Shown: piece by piece, positions 63,235-64,000 of the stretch
Layout: each line of letters begins with the position of its first letter
Numbering within the stretch: position 1 is the first letter of the stretch
Assembly (NCBI RefSeq): GCF_006345805.1
Contig: NC_042997.1
Span: 107,136,001 to 107,200,000 of the forward strand
From: Octopus sinensis
Lineage: Eukaryota
Reading direction: 5' to 3'
DNA length: 64,000 bases
Notes under the pieces: model-generated
What the model was told of the DNA's origin: nothing
Database searches by the model: none
What the model saw: only the letters and a program-made list of their open reading frames with translations
Position numbers and translations under genes: made by a program

Positions 63235-63680
63235 TATCAACACATTTTTGTCATTTTATCGGAAGTTTATTTATGCCAGCAGTGAAGAATTCTGGAGAGC
63301 AAGAGGTGATGAAATCATAAAAGGTTGTTTTTGCATCTTCTTCAGATTTGAAGTTTTTTCCTCGCAAAAACTTGTCTAATGCCTGGAAAGCAGGATAGTC
63401 AGTTGGTGCAAGGTCTGGTGAATATGATGGATGACAGAGTGCTTCCAAGTTCAGTTCCTGTAACATGAGTAATGTTCTTTGTGCATTGTGTGGTCAAGCA
63501 TTGTCATGCAAGAGAATTGGCCTGCCTCTGTTGACCAATCTTGGTTGTTTAATTGCAAGTTCATTCATCATTTCATCCAATTGGTTGATGCATACATCCG
63601 CTGTAATTGACTTACCGGGTCTCATGAATCTGTAGTGGATGACACCAGTGCAGGACCACCAAGCAGACACCATTAGCCTT
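63235..63680 (-). pseudogene. Mariner (DD34D) transposase remnant
   Basis: LLHDNA, HPSYSPDLAPTDY...FLRGKNF...GINKLP. Confidence 0.88.
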
Positions 63681-63809
63681 TTTTGGTAAATATTCTTTGT
63701 GTGTATATATATATATAGACACTATGTATATATACTATGTATGTGTGTATATATATATATATCATCATCATCAAAAATGCCTAGCCATCCCCCGATCCCT
63801 TATGTGGTT

Positions 63810-64000
63810 GTCAATGAGGAAACTAGGGATATGAATGGTTAGTGAGAGCTGTGGAAGCCATGTACAGGGACGCTGTCAGTAAGGTGAGGGTTGGCAACGA
63901 GTACAGTGAAGAATTCTGGGTAGAGGTAGGGGTCCACTAAGGTTCAGTCCTTAGCCCCCTCCTATTTATCATAGTCCTCCAGGCAATAACAGAGGAATTC
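63810..64000 (+). mobile_element. RTE-X-like LINE RT fragment running off the window edge
   Basis: Matches 47860-48050 and 42575-42770. Confidence 0.85.

Overview
Eukaryotic, AT-rich, repeat-dense genomic DNA. The KRAB-less TGEKPY C2H2 zinc-finger genes, tRNA-derived SINEs with CCAGCATGGCC-type tails, RTE/RTE-X LINEs and TA/CA microsatellites suggest an octopus or other cephalopod (inference). No prokaryotic features or CRISPR arrays were seen. All coordinates and identities were read by eye and are approximate unless exact motifs are quoted. Layout: (1) 1-3.3 kb, 3' half of a young Ty3/Gypsy element with PPT and LTR. (2) 4.1-8.3 kb, a nest of Penelope-like (GIY-YIG) remnants with hammerhead-ribozyme cores, one inside a near-perfect 442-bp palindrome. 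(3) 8.3-37.6 kb, an inverted, multi-unit segmental duplication holding three paralogous C2H2-ZNF genes (A minus, B pseudogene plus, C plus) and three copies of a ~200-bp apparently bidirectional promoter cassette (NRF1-type palindrome between two outward-facing splice donors). Merlin-type, MITE, mariner, RTE and Gypsy insertions interrupt it. (4) 39-56 kb, decayed LINEs and a ~250-bp satellite with long/short alternation. The satellite holds a 1.9-kb non-autonomous LTR element with an inverted third LTR and an atypical PBS matching the 5' end of tRNA-Phe. (5) 58.4 kb, first coding exon of an unidentified host gene, followed by presumed intron with CR1, a Helitron carrying stacked 5' ends, mariner and RTE-X fragments. 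The strongest candidates for something undescribed are the bidirectional ZNF cassette, the 5'-tRNA-fragment PBS with the three-LTR element, and the mirror-image hammerhead palindrome.
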